Notes: generated by a model from the sequence alone, not told the origin. A stretch of DNA of 64,000 nt from an uncultured Candidatus Rokubacteria bacterium (GCA_963789955.1 CAWBMV010000022.1:1-64000); one strand, 5' to 3'. Counted from the stretch's first letter, positions 9,684 through 19,121 are shown. Made by a program: numbers and translations.

Positions 9684-11087
9684 TCATCGCGTGTCGGATG
9701 TCTTCCTGAGCAGCGCGAAGCCTTGTCCGGCGACCTGCCCGTCGGCCACCTCGCGCAGCTCGGAGCGCTCCGGGAGATCCCGTAGCTTGCGTGTCGGGAT
9801 CAGCAAATCCGTCGACTCGACCCGGCGCGCGAACGTCGCGTAGTCCGTGGCGGCAAGCACCGGCGTGTCGAGATAGAACTCGAAGACGATCTCGGGAGCG
9901 TCGAGCGCGAACAGCGGCCCCCGCGCCTTGGCGGCCTCCGCGGCGAGCTGCCGCCAGTCCGTGCCGCGCGCCTGCCGTGCCATCATGGTGACCTGACCGG
10001 TGACCAGGGCCGCCGCGACGACGAGCCACGCGCCGGCGAACGCGGGCGTGCGCCACCGCCATTGAAGCTTCGCGAGCCAGAGCGCGACCAGCAGCGCCGC
10101 CGGCGTGCACAGCGGCAGGTAGTAGCGCCATCGCTGCCGGTGCGAGGCCGCGACGAGCGCGAACACGGCCACCATCCACGCCACGACGAGATACGTCTCG
10201 CGACGGCGCACCGTATCCCCAGGCCGGATGCTCGACCACAGCGCGACGGGGACCAAGATCGTCCACGGCAACAGGATCGAGAGCGCCTGGCCGAAGGCGT
10301 GGAGCACGCCGCCGTGTCCCCACGGGCCCGAGGTGAAGTAGGCGAGCACGAAATCCTGAGTCAGCACGTCCTCGACGAATGACGCGCCGCCGGCGGACGA
10401 TGCCATCCCTCCCCAGACGGCGACCATGACCGTCAAAAGCCCGATGCCGATCGGGGAGACGAGACGGCGCGGGCCGGTCCATCCGTAGGCGATGACCTCG
10501 TAGACGAGGGCGACGCCCAGGGCCAGGAACCCCGCGGGGCCCTTGATCCAGAACGCAACTCCCACCAGCACGTAAAAGGCAAGCAGGGCACCCGGGCGGC
10601 TCTCGAACTCGGCCATCACGAAGGCGACGATGGCCAGGGCGACGGTGAGGGAGAGCACCATGTCGGGGACGGGCGAGCGCGCGAGTGAAAAGACGCCGGC
10701 CGTCGTCACGAGGATCAGCCCCGCGGCGACCCCGGCCGCAGGGCCGAACAGTCGGGCGCCGATCCAGCAAGTCACCGCCACGAGGCCGAGCGCGGCGAGC
10801 AGCGACGGCAACTGGGCGGCCCGCGGGGTCACGGCTCCGACCGGCCACGCGGCGAGCGCGATGAGCCACGCGTGGAGCGGCGGCTTGTTGAGCATCGGCA
10901 CGCCGTTGATCTCCGGCAGGAGCCAGTGGCCGTGCCGGAGGATGTCGCGCGCCATCAGCGGAAAACGCGTCTCGTCGTTGGTCGTGTAGACCCGCGCGCC
11001 GAAGTCGAAGAACAGGAGGACGGCGCTGACCGCGATCAGAACCGCGAGCTGACGGCGCGAGGGTCGACCCTCAGCTCCAGCGGTCAT
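9684..11087 (-). CDS. ArnT/PMT-like integral membrane glycosyltransferase (GT39/GT83)
   Basis: Motifs DETRF..MARDI, NKPPL..WL and KGP..; many TM helices; RYYLPL. Confidence 0.85.
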   Translation of the reverse strand: MTAGAEGRPSRRQLAVLIAVSAVLLFFDFGARVYTTNDETRFPLMARDILRHGHWLLPEINGVPMLNKPPLHAWLIALAAWPVGAVTPRAAQLPSLLAALGLVAVTCWIGARLFGPAAGVAAGLILVTTAGVFSLARSPVPDMVLSLTVALAIVAFVMAEFESRPGALLAFYVLVGVAFWIKGPAGFLALGVALVYEVIAYGWTGPRRLVSPIGIGLLTVMVAVWGGMASSAGGASFVEDVLTQDFVLAYFTSGPWGHGGVLHAFGQALSILLPWTILVPVALWSSIRPGDTVRRRETYLVVAWMVAVFALVAASHRQRWRYYLPLCTPAALLVALWLAKLQWRWRTPAFAGAWLVVAAALVTGQVTMMARQARGTDWRQLAAEAAKARGPLFALDAPEIVFEFYLDTPVLAATDYATFARRVESTDLLIPTRKLRDLPERSELREVADGQVAGQGFALLRKTSDTR

Positions 11088-12972
11088 TGGGCAGGTAGTG
11101 ATCGCACCAGGCGTCGAGCATCAGGAGAGCCCAGAGCACCTTGCGATGATTTCGCCGGCCACTGACGTGCTCGGCGATGAGCCGTGACACGGTCGCGGGC
11201 TCGAAGAGACCACGCCAGGCGACGCGCGAGGGTGCGAGTCGATCTTCGAGGATGTGACGGAGCGGCCCGCGCAGCCAGGCGGCGATCGGGACGCCGAGGC
11301 CTTGCTTGCGACGGCTGACGATATCGGCCGGAAGCAGGTGGCCGACCGCGCGCTTGAAGAGATACTTCGTCGTCATTCCACGGATCTTGAGCCGCCCCGG
11401 TATCTGGGCGACGAGCTCGACGAGCCGATGATCGAGGAGCGGCGCTCGCACCTCGAGACCCGCGGCCATCGTGGCGCGATCGGCGGCGACGAGCGTCTGG
11501 TCGGCCAGATAGAAGCGCGAATGATGGTAGATCATGCGTTCGATGGGATCTCTCGCCGACGACTCGTCGATCGCCATCGTCAGCTCCGCGTACGGATCGA
11601 AGCTGCGCAGAGTGCTCCTGACGCCCACCGACAAGAGGCGTGCTTGCTCGGGCGGCGGCAGCCCGCCGAGCAGGAGCTGCGTCCGCACCTCGGGATCGTA
11701 GGGCAACGCGCGCACGAACTGCTTGAGCAGGAAATCGAAGCTCCCGTAACGCCGGGACGAGGGCAGTCGATCGACGATCGCCCGGGCGCCGTCCTGGACC
11801 GCTCGCGGGAACACCGCGCGCAGCCAGCGGGCGGGGCGGTCGGCGACGAAGGTCGGATAACCGCAGAAGAGCTCGTCGCCGCCGTCGCCGCTGAGCATCA
11901 CGGTGGCCGTCCCCTTGGCCGCCAGCGCCAGTGCGTATCGCGGCAGGAACGACGCATCGCCCAGCGGCTCGTCGAGAAGCTCACCGACCCGGTCCATGAG
12001 CGTGATCGCGTCCTGGGGACGAAACACGATCGCGTGGAGTGCGGCCCCGCAGTGTTCGGCGACTCGCCGCGCGAACCGCCGCTCGTCGTAGGTCGGTTCC
12101 TCGAAGCCGACGCAGAACGCCTGCAAGGGGCGGGGACTCGCGCGCGCGGCGAGCGCGGTGATCGTGCCGGAGTCGATGCCCCCGCTCACGAAGATCCCGA
12201 CGGGCACGTCGCTCACCAGGCGGGTCGTGACCGCCGTCTCGAGCGCGCCCAGGACCCGCGCGCGCCATTCGTCCTCGCTCACCGCGGGCTGGGGCGCGAA
12301 GCGCATTTTCCAGTACGGCTGGAGCTGTGGCTTGTCGCCCGGCGACACCACGAGCACGTGCGCCGGCGGGACCTTCGCTACCCCGGCCAGGATCGAGTGC
12401 GGGGCCGGCACGCACTCGAACAGCAGATAGCGCGAGAGCGCTTCGAGGTCCAGGGTGCGGGGCACGTCAGGGTGCCGCAAGAGCGCGCGGAGCTCGGAGC
12501 CGAAGACGAAGGTCTCCGGGCCGGCGTAGTAGTAGAGGGGCTTTTCGCCCATCCGATCGCGCGCGAGCACGAGACAACGCCGTGAGCTATCCCAGAGTGC
12601 CAGCGCGAACATCCCGTCGAGCTCGCGCACGCAGTCCTCGCCCGCCTCCTCGTACGCGTGCACGACGACCTCGGCGTCCGAGCGCGTCCGGAAGTGGTGC
12701 CCGCGGCGCTCGAGCCGCGTGCGTAGCTCGGCGAAGTTGTAGATCTCTCCGTTCAGGACGACGTGGACGCTCCCGTCCTCGTTGGCGATCGGCTGCCGCC
12801 CGGTGTCGAGATCGATGATGGCCAGCCGGCGGGCGCCGATCGCCACCGCGTCGTCGACGTACTCACCCCAGTCGTCGGGGCCGCGGTGACGCAGCGTATC
12901 GACCATGCTGTCCAGAATCGACTGTCGATCGGGCCGCGGCGGGTGTCCGAGGAAGCCGGCGATCCCACACAC
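11071..12972 (-). CDS. asnB: Asparagine synthase (glutamine-hydrolysing)-like amidotransferase
   Basis: Motifs MCGIAG, HRGPD, RLAIID, NGEIYN, SGGIDS, SGDGGDELFCGY and LEVRAPLLD. Confidence 0.93.
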   Translation of the reverse strand: MCGIAGFLGHPPRPDRQSILDSMVDTLRHRGPDDWGEYVDDAVAIGARRLAIIDLDTGRQPIANEDGSVHVVLNGEIYNFAELRTRLERRGHHFRTRSDAEVVVHAYEEAGEDCVRELDGMFALALWDSSRRCLVLARDRMGEKPLYYYAGPETFVFGSELRALLRHPDVPRTLDLEALSRYLLFECVPAPHSILAGVAKVPPAHVLVVSPGDKPQLQPYWKMRFAPQPAVSEDEWRARVLGALETAVTTRLVSDVPVGIFVSGGIDSGTITALAARASPRPLQAFCVGFEEPTYDERRFARRVAEHCGAALHAIVFRPQDAITLMDRVGELLDEPLGDASFLPRYALALAAKGTATVMLSGDGGDELFCGYPTFVADRPARWLRAVFPRAVQDGARAIVDRLPSSRRYGSFDFLLKQFVRALPYDPEVRTQLLLGGLPPPEQARLLSVGVRSTLRSFDPYAELTMAIDESSARDPIERMIYHHSRFYLADQTLVAADRATMAAGLEVRAPLLDHRLVELVAQIPGRLKIRGMTTKYLFKRAVGHLLPADIVSRRKQGLGVPIAAWLRGPLRHILEDRLAPSRVAWRGLFEPATVSRLIAEHVSGRRNHRKVLWALLMLDAWCDHYLPNDRWS

Positions 12973-12978
12973 ACAATG

Positions 12979-13021
12979 AGCGTAGGCGCCGAAGCTTGCG
13001 GGAGCCTTACGGCGGCATTAC
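12979..13021 (-). promoter_or_regulatory. Three 11-bp-spaced direct repeats (OmpR-family box) plus a -10 element upstream of asnB
   Basis: The minus strand reads GTAAT-N6-GTAAG-N6-GCAAG (13021-12995). TACGCT (12984-12979) lies 6 nt before the GTG start. Confidence 0.6.
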
Positions 13022-13034
13022 CCCTGTGAAAGGT

Positions 13035-14456
13035 TCACTCGGCGCCGGCGGCGGGGAGAGGGAGCGCGATGGTGAAGGTAGAGCCTCCGCCGGGTGCGCT
13101 GGAGACGTCGACCCGGCCTCGGTGCGCCATGACGATCGCCCGAACCAGGCTCAACCCCAACCCGAGACCGCGCTCGGAACGGCTATGGGCGCCGCGGTAG
13201 AGCCGATCCCATATTCGCGACGCCTCGTGAGCCATCACGCCGATTCCGGTGTCCCTGACACTGATGATGGCTAGGCTCTGCCGCCGCATCGCCTCGACGT
13301 CGACGCGTCCACCGACCGGGGTGTACTTGATCGCGTTGTCGAGGAGGTTGGCGAGAACCTGCCGCAGGCGGCTCCGATCGGCCATGAGCCAGAGCGTCGG
13401 ATCAGAGGCCGTCGAGACGACGATGTGCTTGTCCTCGGCGACGTGACGATAGAGATCGACGGCGGCCTCGACGATGACGGACACGTTCACCGACTCCAGC
13501 GCGAGCTTGAGAGTGCCCGTCTCGGCCTCAGAGATGTCCATGAGCGTGTTCAGCATCGTGAGCAGCTGGTCCGACTCTTCGATGCAATCGGCGAGCGCCC
13601 GCTGCAGGACTTCGGGGCGCTGGTCAGATCGCAGGGCCAGCTCCGCCATTCCCCGCAGACGCGCGACGGGAGTTCGGAGGTCGTGAGCCACGGTGTCGAG
13701 CGCGCCCCGCATGCCGGCGATCAGCGTGGCGATCCGGTCGAGCATGTTGTTGAAGAGGCCGCCGAGCTCGTCCAGCTCGTCGCCCGTCTGCCGGCGCGGC
13801 ACGCGCACATTTATGGCGCCGGCGTCGATCGCTCGCACCGTGTCGATGATCTGGCGGAGCGGCCGGAGCGCCCAGACGGTCAGCAGGAGGCCGCCGCCGA
13901 CACCCAGGGCCAGCACCGCGATCGTGACGCCGGCGGCGGCGGCCCGGAACCGCTGCATGATCGCGGCCCGATCCTCGGTGGTCTTTCCCACCTGGAGGAA
14001 CGCGCCGTCCGGCATGCGCAGCGACTTCACGTCGACGACCTTGTCGTCGCGCCGCGCGCGCAGCGAGAACCACTCTCGTTCCGGCGGCCGGACCGGCGAG
14101 CCGAGGTGGTCGAGCTCGAATTCGCCCCAGCGCTCCGGAGTCCCGAGAAAGATGACGGCGCCGTCGGGGCCGATCATCCGAACGAGGAACGGCTCGTCGG
14201 TGCCCAGTCGTTCCTGGTGCTCGAGCAATTGCGCGACCATCGGCACGCCGCCGAGCCGATACTGCGCCGCCAGCTCGACAGACTCGAGCCGGATGGCTTC
14301 ATCGTCTCGCTCACGGAGCGACGACCGGACGACCACGTACGCCAGGCCGAACAGCGCCAGGCTGCCGACGACGAAGAACGACGAGGACCAGACGGTCAGG
14401 CGGAAGCCGACCGTTCGCGTCGTACGTCTAAGGCGTTCGAACGACATAGCCGACAC
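13035..14456 (-). CDS. Sensor histidine kinase (2 TM, HAMP, HisKA, HATPase), CusS/QseC-like
   Basis: H-box VAHDLRTP, N-box NLLDNAIKY, DTGIG, GLGLGLSLV. Confidence 0.93.
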   Translation of the reverse strand: MSAMSFERLRRTTRTVGFRLTVWSSSFFVVGSLALFGLAYVVVRSSLRERDDEAIRLESVELAAQYRLGGVPMVAQLLEHQERLGTDEPFLVRMIGPDGAVIFLGTPERWGEFELDHLGSPVRPPEREWFSLRARRDDKVVDVKSLRMPDGAFLQVGKTTEDRAAIMQRFRAAAAGVTIAVLALGVGGGLLLTVWALRPLRQIIDTVRAIDAGAINVRVPRRQTGDELDELGGLFNNMLDRIATLIAGMRGALDTVAHDLRTPVARLRGMAELALRSDQRPEVLQRALADCIEESDQLLTMLNTLMDISEAETGTLKLALESVNVSVIVEAAVDLYRHVAEDKHIVVSTASDPTLWLMADRSRLRQVLANLLDNAIKYTPVGGRVDVEAMRRQSLAIISVRDTGIGVMAHEASRIWDRLYRGAHSRSERGLGLGLSLVRAIVMAHRGRVDVSSAPGGGSTFTIALPLPAAGAE

Positions 14457-15102
14457 CGCGGAGCGTATGAATCATCTTGTCTGAGAAGTCGGCGTCGACC
14501 TTCGTTCGCAGTCGCGACACGAGCACCTCGACGATGTTCGTCTGCGGGTCGAAGTCGAAGTTCCAGACGTGCTGCAGGATCATCGTCTTCGAGACGGGCC
14601 GCCCGGCGTTGCGCATCAGATATTCGAGCAGGGCGAACTCGCGGGTCTGGAGCTCGACGCGCTTGCCGCTGCGGGTGACGGTGCGCGCCAGGAGATCGAC
14701 CACGAGCTCACCGACGGTGAGGCGTGTGGGCTCGACCACGCCGCAGGCGCGTCGCATGAGCGCGTGAATCCGAGCCACGAGCTCGGCGAAAGCGAACGGC
14801 TTGGTCATGTAGTCGTCGCTCCCGGAATGGAGACCCCGGATTCGATCGTCCACGGCCCGCTTTGCGCTGAGTGCGATCACCGGCGTCGTCAGCCTGTTCC
14901 GGCGTAGCTCCTCGATCACGGACAGGCCGTCCAGCTTGGGCAGCATGATGTCGACCACGGCGGCGTCGTACGGGATGCTCAGCGCGAGGCCGAGCCCATC
15001 CTCGCCATTGCCGGCGTGGTCGACGGCGAAGCCCGCTTCGCGGAGGCCCTTCATCACGAAGCGCGCGAGCGTCGTGTCATCCTCGATGACCAGTATCCGC
15101 AC
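14428..15102 (-). CDS. OmpR/CusR-family response regulator
   Basis: Motifs MRILVIEDD, DIMLPKLDG and KPF; winged-helix C-terminus TLRGVGY. Confidence 0.95.
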   Translation of the reverse strand: MRILVIEDDTTLARFVMKGLREAGFAVDHAGNGEDGLGLALSIPYDAAVVDIMLPKLDGLSVIEELRRNRLTTPVIALSAKRAVDDRIRGLHSGSDDYMTKPFAFAELVARIHALMRRACGVVEPTRLTVGELVVDLLARTVTRSGKRVELQTREFALLEYLMRNAGRPVSKTMILQHVWNFDFDPQTNIVEVLVSRLRTKVDADFSDKMIHTLRGVGYVVRTP

Positions 15103-15336
15103 GGGTGTCCCCGTCCGGCGTCGGGAGCCGCGGAGAGATCTCCGCCCGTCCCGCGCCTTGGCAGACTTCTCGCCGAATGATCGTCAGACGCGCTGACGAT
15201 CGCCTCGGAGCGCAGAGCGTGATCGTGCGAATGGCCGGCGTGCCAGCCCGAGCCGTGGCGGACGTACCTTAGGCGTCCACCTTCCGCGGTCACAGGACGG
15301 ACCGCTAGGTTCGGATCCGCCGGTCAGTCGCGGGCG

Positions 15337-15627
15337 CTAGGCCGGAGGCGCGCGAGGACAGCCGGCGCGGTCAAGGAGGGATGGAGTGCACGTCGCAGGT
15401 GCCAGCTCGAGTCGGTCGATCGGAATCCAGAGCGGCTCCGCGTTGGTTTCGATGCGGGCATGGAGCGCAAACGCGCTGGCGATGAAGACGACGACGGTGT
15501 CGAAATCGTCGTCGTCCCAGTAGCCCCCGATCCACGTGGGATCCGGCGGATCGGCATATGCCGCCGGGGTGAGCACCAGAACGAGGGCCACCAGGAGCAG
15601 GGCAACCACGCCACGCGGGCAAACCAC
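15337..15627 (-). CDS. Small protein with signal peptide, acidic motif (DPPDPTWIGGYWDDDDFD) and C-terminal RAPP; candidate translation-arrest leader peptide
   Basis: Hydrophobic N-terminus ending in AYA. The gene ends TGT CCT CGC GCG CCT CCG GCC TAG (CPRAPPA*). GGAGG upstream; exact start uncertain. Confidence 0.7.
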   Translation of the reverse strand: MVCPRGVVALLLVALVLVLTPAAYADPPDPTWIGGYWDDDDFDTVVVFIASAFALHARIETNAEPLWIPIDRLELAPATCTPSLLDRAGCPRAPPA

Positions 15628-15688
15628 ACCACATCATTGCCTCCGTGGCGAGCGGGGTCAAGCGTGTCCCGTGGAAATGAAGACGCCT

Positions 15689-16069
15689 TCACTTTGCCTT
15701 GGGTGCCCGCGGGTCGACGTTTTCGGGGAGGCATAGATAGCGAAATGTCTGGATCTTGCTCATCTGCTCGGTGGGCTTGTCCGAGCGAAAGTACGTCATC
15801 TGAACGGAGTTACCCTGAGCCTTGAACAGAACGCCCTTGGGTCGATTGTCGGAGCGCATGACGCGATCGATCTCCTCACGAAGCTGCGCCTCGCACTCGG
15901 CTTTCTTGGGTGCGCCGGTGATGGCGTGCCAGAGCCTCGCTTCGGTCTGGTTGGCGTAATCGATCCGGGCCTCGTCATTCCACAGCACCCATCCGCATTC
16001 GGCGTGGGCGACGGCGGCGGCGGCGACGAGGGCGCATGTGATGAAGCCTGAGGCCTTTGGCGCCTTCAT
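15689..16069 (-). CDS. Secreted hypothetical protein (AECGWVLW ... CLPENVDPR)
   Basis: ATG 16069 follows GGAG. Signal peptide ending in AHA; three Cys in the mature region. Confidence 0.7.
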   Translation of the reverse strand: MKAPKASGFITCALVAAAAVAHAECGWVLWNDEARIDYANQTEARLWHAITGAPKKAECEAQLREEIDRVMRSDNRPKGVLFKAQGNSVQMTYFRSDKPTEQMSKIQTFRYLCLPENVDPRAPKAK

Positions 16070-16089
16070 CGTGGGGTGTCTCCCGTCCG

Positions 16090-16341
16090 CTAGGTCTGCG
16101 ATCGACCGCTGGACAGGCGGTTCGTCTGTTCGATCAGGTGATTGATTTCGCGCACGGCATCGACCAGCGCGTGCTCGCTGTCCTCGCACGAAAACAAGAG
16201 CGCACGATGATCAAAGGAAAGCTGGAGCTTCTGTGCCGCTGCCGCGAGCGCGGCGCGCTGGAGCAACGTGGCCCGCCAGGACGCGGGCGGTGGCGTGGCA
16301 GTGAGGAACAGCCGCCATGGCCCCGGCGTGCTCGTTCGCAA
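16090..16341 (-). CDS. Small hypothetical protein
   Basis: 83-aa ORF co-oriented with the downstream gene; helical C-terminus. No family recognised. Confidence 0.4.
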   Translation of the reverse strand: MRTSTPGPWRLFLTATPPPASWRATLLQRAALAAAAQKLQLSFDHRALLFSCEDSEHALVDAVREINHLIEQTNRLSSGRSQT

Positions 16342-16601
16342 CGGGCCGTCCGCGATCGCGATCCTCTCCGGAAGCGTCAGCCGGGGTCTCCTTTCCCACG
16401 CTGCGGGGCGACTCAGCGGAGCCGGACGTCGTCGCAGTACGGCGACATCGGCGACGCTCGCCGCTCATTGTCCGGCATTCGCACCGCGCGACTCACTTAC
16501 AGATTTGCAAGGATGCGCGCACGTGCGGCGCGAGAGCGGACGCGGCGCGAATAGACTATGCTGACCGTCGAACGCCGACACCAGTCTCACGGAGGCCGTC
16601 C

Positions 16602-17867
16602 ATGAAGTTCACCTGGTTCAACCTGATGCCGTGGCCGTACCTGCCCGACGACTTCCGCACCAAGCACCGCTCCGTGTGGGTCGATATTCCCAACACGCTC
16701 TACGACCCGCGCAAGGGTCATCACGTCTACCACGAGTATCTGGACCAGCTCGAGTACGCGGAGACGCTCGGCTTCGACGGCATCGGCTGCAACGAGCACC
16801 ACCAGAACGGCTACGGGCTCATGCCGTCGCCCAATCTGATCGCCGCGACCCTGGCGCGGCGCACGTCGCGCGCCGCCCTGTGCGTCATCGGCAACTCGAT
16901 CGCCAGCTACAACCCGCCGATCCGGGTCGCCGAGGAGTTCGCGATGCTGGACGTGATCTCCGGCGGCCGGCTCGTCGCCGGCTTTCCCGTCGGCACGCCC
17001 ATGGACACGAACTTCTGCTACGGCCAGATCCCGGCCCTGACGCGCGACAAGTACCGCGAGGCGCACGAGCTGATCATGAAGGCCTGGGCCAGCGACGAGC
17101 CCTTCGCCTTCGACGGCAAGTACAACCAGCTCCGGTGGGTGAACTGCTGGCCCAAGCCGATCCAGCAGCCGCACCCGCCGATCTACATCCCGGGCGGGGG
17201 CTCGATCGAGACGTGGGATTTCTGTCTCGACTACGACTACAACTACTCCTACCTGTCCTTCTACGGGTACCTGCGCGGCAAGTCACTGCTCGACGGCTAC
17301 TGGGAGCGCGTCGCCAAGCGGGGGAAGGACGAGTCGCCCTACCGCGCGGCGTTCGCGCAGATCATCTGCGTCGCGGATACCGACGCCGAGGCCGAGCGGC
17401 TCTACGCCGAGCACTGCCTCTACTTCTTCAACCGGTGCCTGCACGTCTTTCCCCCGTTCGCCGATCCGGCGGGCTACCGGACGATGGCCACCATCAAGTA
17501 CGGCGCGCTCGCTCAGCTCACCGCGGCGCGGCAGAAGATTCTCGAGAACCTCACCTGGAAGCAGCTGGTCGACGAGCGCTTCATCATCGCCGGCAGCCCC
17601 GAGACGGTGCGCCAGCAGCTCGAGGAGTGCATCAAGGGGCTCCACATCGGCCACCTCTTCTGTCTGTTCCACAACGGGAACATGCCGGACTGGAAGACGC
17701 GCCACTCCTCGAAGCTCTTCGCCGAGAAGGTCATGCCGCACCTGCGCGACATGTGGCCCGAGTGGAAGCACGACGAGCGCTGGTGGATGCACCCGATGGA
17801 CGATCGCATCCGGCCCGAGGAGCGTCAGCCCGGCGCGGCCAAGATCGGCGCGGAGTGGCCGCGATGA
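16602..17867 (+). CDS. Luciferase-like (LLM) flavin-dependent monooxygenase
   Basis: ATG follows GGAGG. Motifs GFDGIGCNEHH, PIRVAEEFAMLDVISGGRL, PKPIQQPHPPI and GSPETV. Confidence 0.92.
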   Translation: MKFTWFNLMPWPYLPDDFRTKHRSVWVDIPNTLYDPRKGHHVYHEYLDQLEYAETLGFDGIGCNEHHQNGYGLMPSPNLIAATLARRTSRAALCVIGNSIASYNPPIRVAEEFAMLDVISGGRLVAGFPVGTPMDTNFCYGQIPALTRDKYREAHELIMKAWASDEPFAFDGKYNQLRWVNCWPKPIQQPHPPIYIPGGGSIETWDFCLDYDYNYSYLSFYGYLRGKSLLDGYWERVAKRGKDESPYRAAFAQIICVADTDAEAERLYAEHCLYFFNRCLHVFPPFADPAGYRTMATIKYGALAQLTAARQKILENLTWKQLVDERFIIAGSPETVRQQLEECIKGLHIGHLFCLFHNGNMPDWKTRHSSKLFAEKVMPHLRDMWPEWKHDERWWMHPMDDRIRPEERQPGAAKIGAEWPR

Positions 17868-18655
17868 AGTGGCAGACGATCGAGACGAAGAAAGGGACGC
17901 GCTGCCGCGTGCTCGAGGGCGGGAGCGGGGCGCCGCTGGTCTTCTTTCACGGCGCCGGCGGGCTTCTCCGCGACAACCCGTTCCTCGATCAGCTCGCGCA
18001 GGGCCATCACGTGTTCGCGCCGGAGTGGCCGGGCTACGGCGAGTCGACGGGCGAGGAGCTGCTCGAGGACATGCTCGACTTCACGCTCCACGGCTGGGAT
18101 CTGGTCGAGGCGCTCGGGCTCAAGCAGCCGAGTCTCGCCGGCCACTCGATGGGCGGGATGATCGCGGCCGAGATGGCGTGTGTGGCGCCCCACGATCTCG
18201 CCAGGCTCGTGCTGGTCAGCCCTGCGGGATTGTGGATGGACGAGCACCCGATCCCGGACATCTTCGCGCTCCTGCCGCACCAGATCGCCGAGGTGCTCTT
18301 TCAGGATCCGCAGCAGGGCCAGGCACTGCTCACCGGTGGCGCTGACCTGTCGGATATGGAAGCGCTGAAGGACTTCTACATCGGCAGCCAGCGACGGCTC
18401 TCGATGGCCGGCAAGATCCTGTTCCCGATCCCGAATCGCCGGCTCTCGAAGCGTCTCTATCGGCTGACCGCCGAGACCCTCGTGCTCTGGGGCGGGTCGG
18501 ACCGGTTGATCGTGCCGGCCTACGCGGCGCGCTGGAAGACGCTGATCCCGAACGCGCGTGTCGAGGTGATCGACGGCGCCGGCCACATGCTGCCGTACGA
18601 ACAGCCGGACAAGCTCGTGCGGGCCGTGGGCAATTTTCTGCACAAGGCCCAGTAG
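17864..18655 (+). CDS. Alpha/beta hydrolase
   Basis: ATGA overlap with the LLM gene. Motifs FFHGAGG, nucleophile elbow GHSMGG, D in WGGSD and H in GAGHM. Confidence 0.9.
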   Translation: MKWQTIETKKGTRCRVLEGGSGAPLVFFHGAGGLLRDNPFLDQLAQGHHVFAPEWPGYGESTGEELLEDMLDFTLHGWDLVEALGLKQPSLAGHSMGGMIAAEMACVAPHDLARLVLVSPAGLWMDEHPIPDIFALLPHQIAEVLFQDPQQGQALLTGGADLSDMEALKDFYIGSQRRLSMAGKILFPIPNRRLSKRLYRLTAETLVLWGGSDRLIVPAYAARWKTLIPNARVEVIDGAGHMLPYEQPDKLVRAVGNFLHKAQ

Positions 18656-18664
18656 TCAGAGAGA

Positions 18665-19121
18665 GTGACGCTTCTCACGGCATTCCGAGTTGTCGTCACC
18701 GCGACCCTGATCGCGGTTGCCATCGCCCCGATCCCCGGCGCCCGTGCTCAGACACCGGGAAGTGCCGGCGCCGCCGACGAGCGCGAGCGGGCATTTGTCG
18801 AGGGGCTCCGGCGCGAGGATTCCGGTGAGGCGGACCGCTACGTGGCGCTTCGTGATGCTCGGAATCAGGCGATCGCCGAGATCCAAAAAATACAGGCGCG
18901 GTACAGCGCGGCCGGGCCCGAGCTCCGGCCGGTCTTCGTCCAGCAGCTGCAGAGACGCCCAGCGCCACTACGCGACGAGCGCGCTCGCGCTCCTGGATTT
19001 TCTCGACGGGCGCGAACGCCGCGCGGTTGCCCGCTACCAGGAAGAGATCAGTCGAATCAACCGGACGCTCGACGAGCGCGCGCGCTCGCGTGCCGAGCTC
19101 GAGAAGCTCTTACGAGAGTGA
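18665..19121 (+). CDS. Secreted helical/coiled-coil hypothetical protein; frameshift near 18950
   Basis: Signal peptide (..ARA-QT) in one frame continues as a charged helical segment (RDAQRHYATS..LEKLLRE) in another. Confidence 0.6.

Noticed and set aside
16631..18655. 674-aa ORF suggesting a large fusion hydrolase
   Set aside because: Only the part from ATG 17864 is hydrolase; the upstream part is an off-frame overlap with the LLM gene. The same applies to ORFs 45949..47541, 54505..56208 and 44029..46014.
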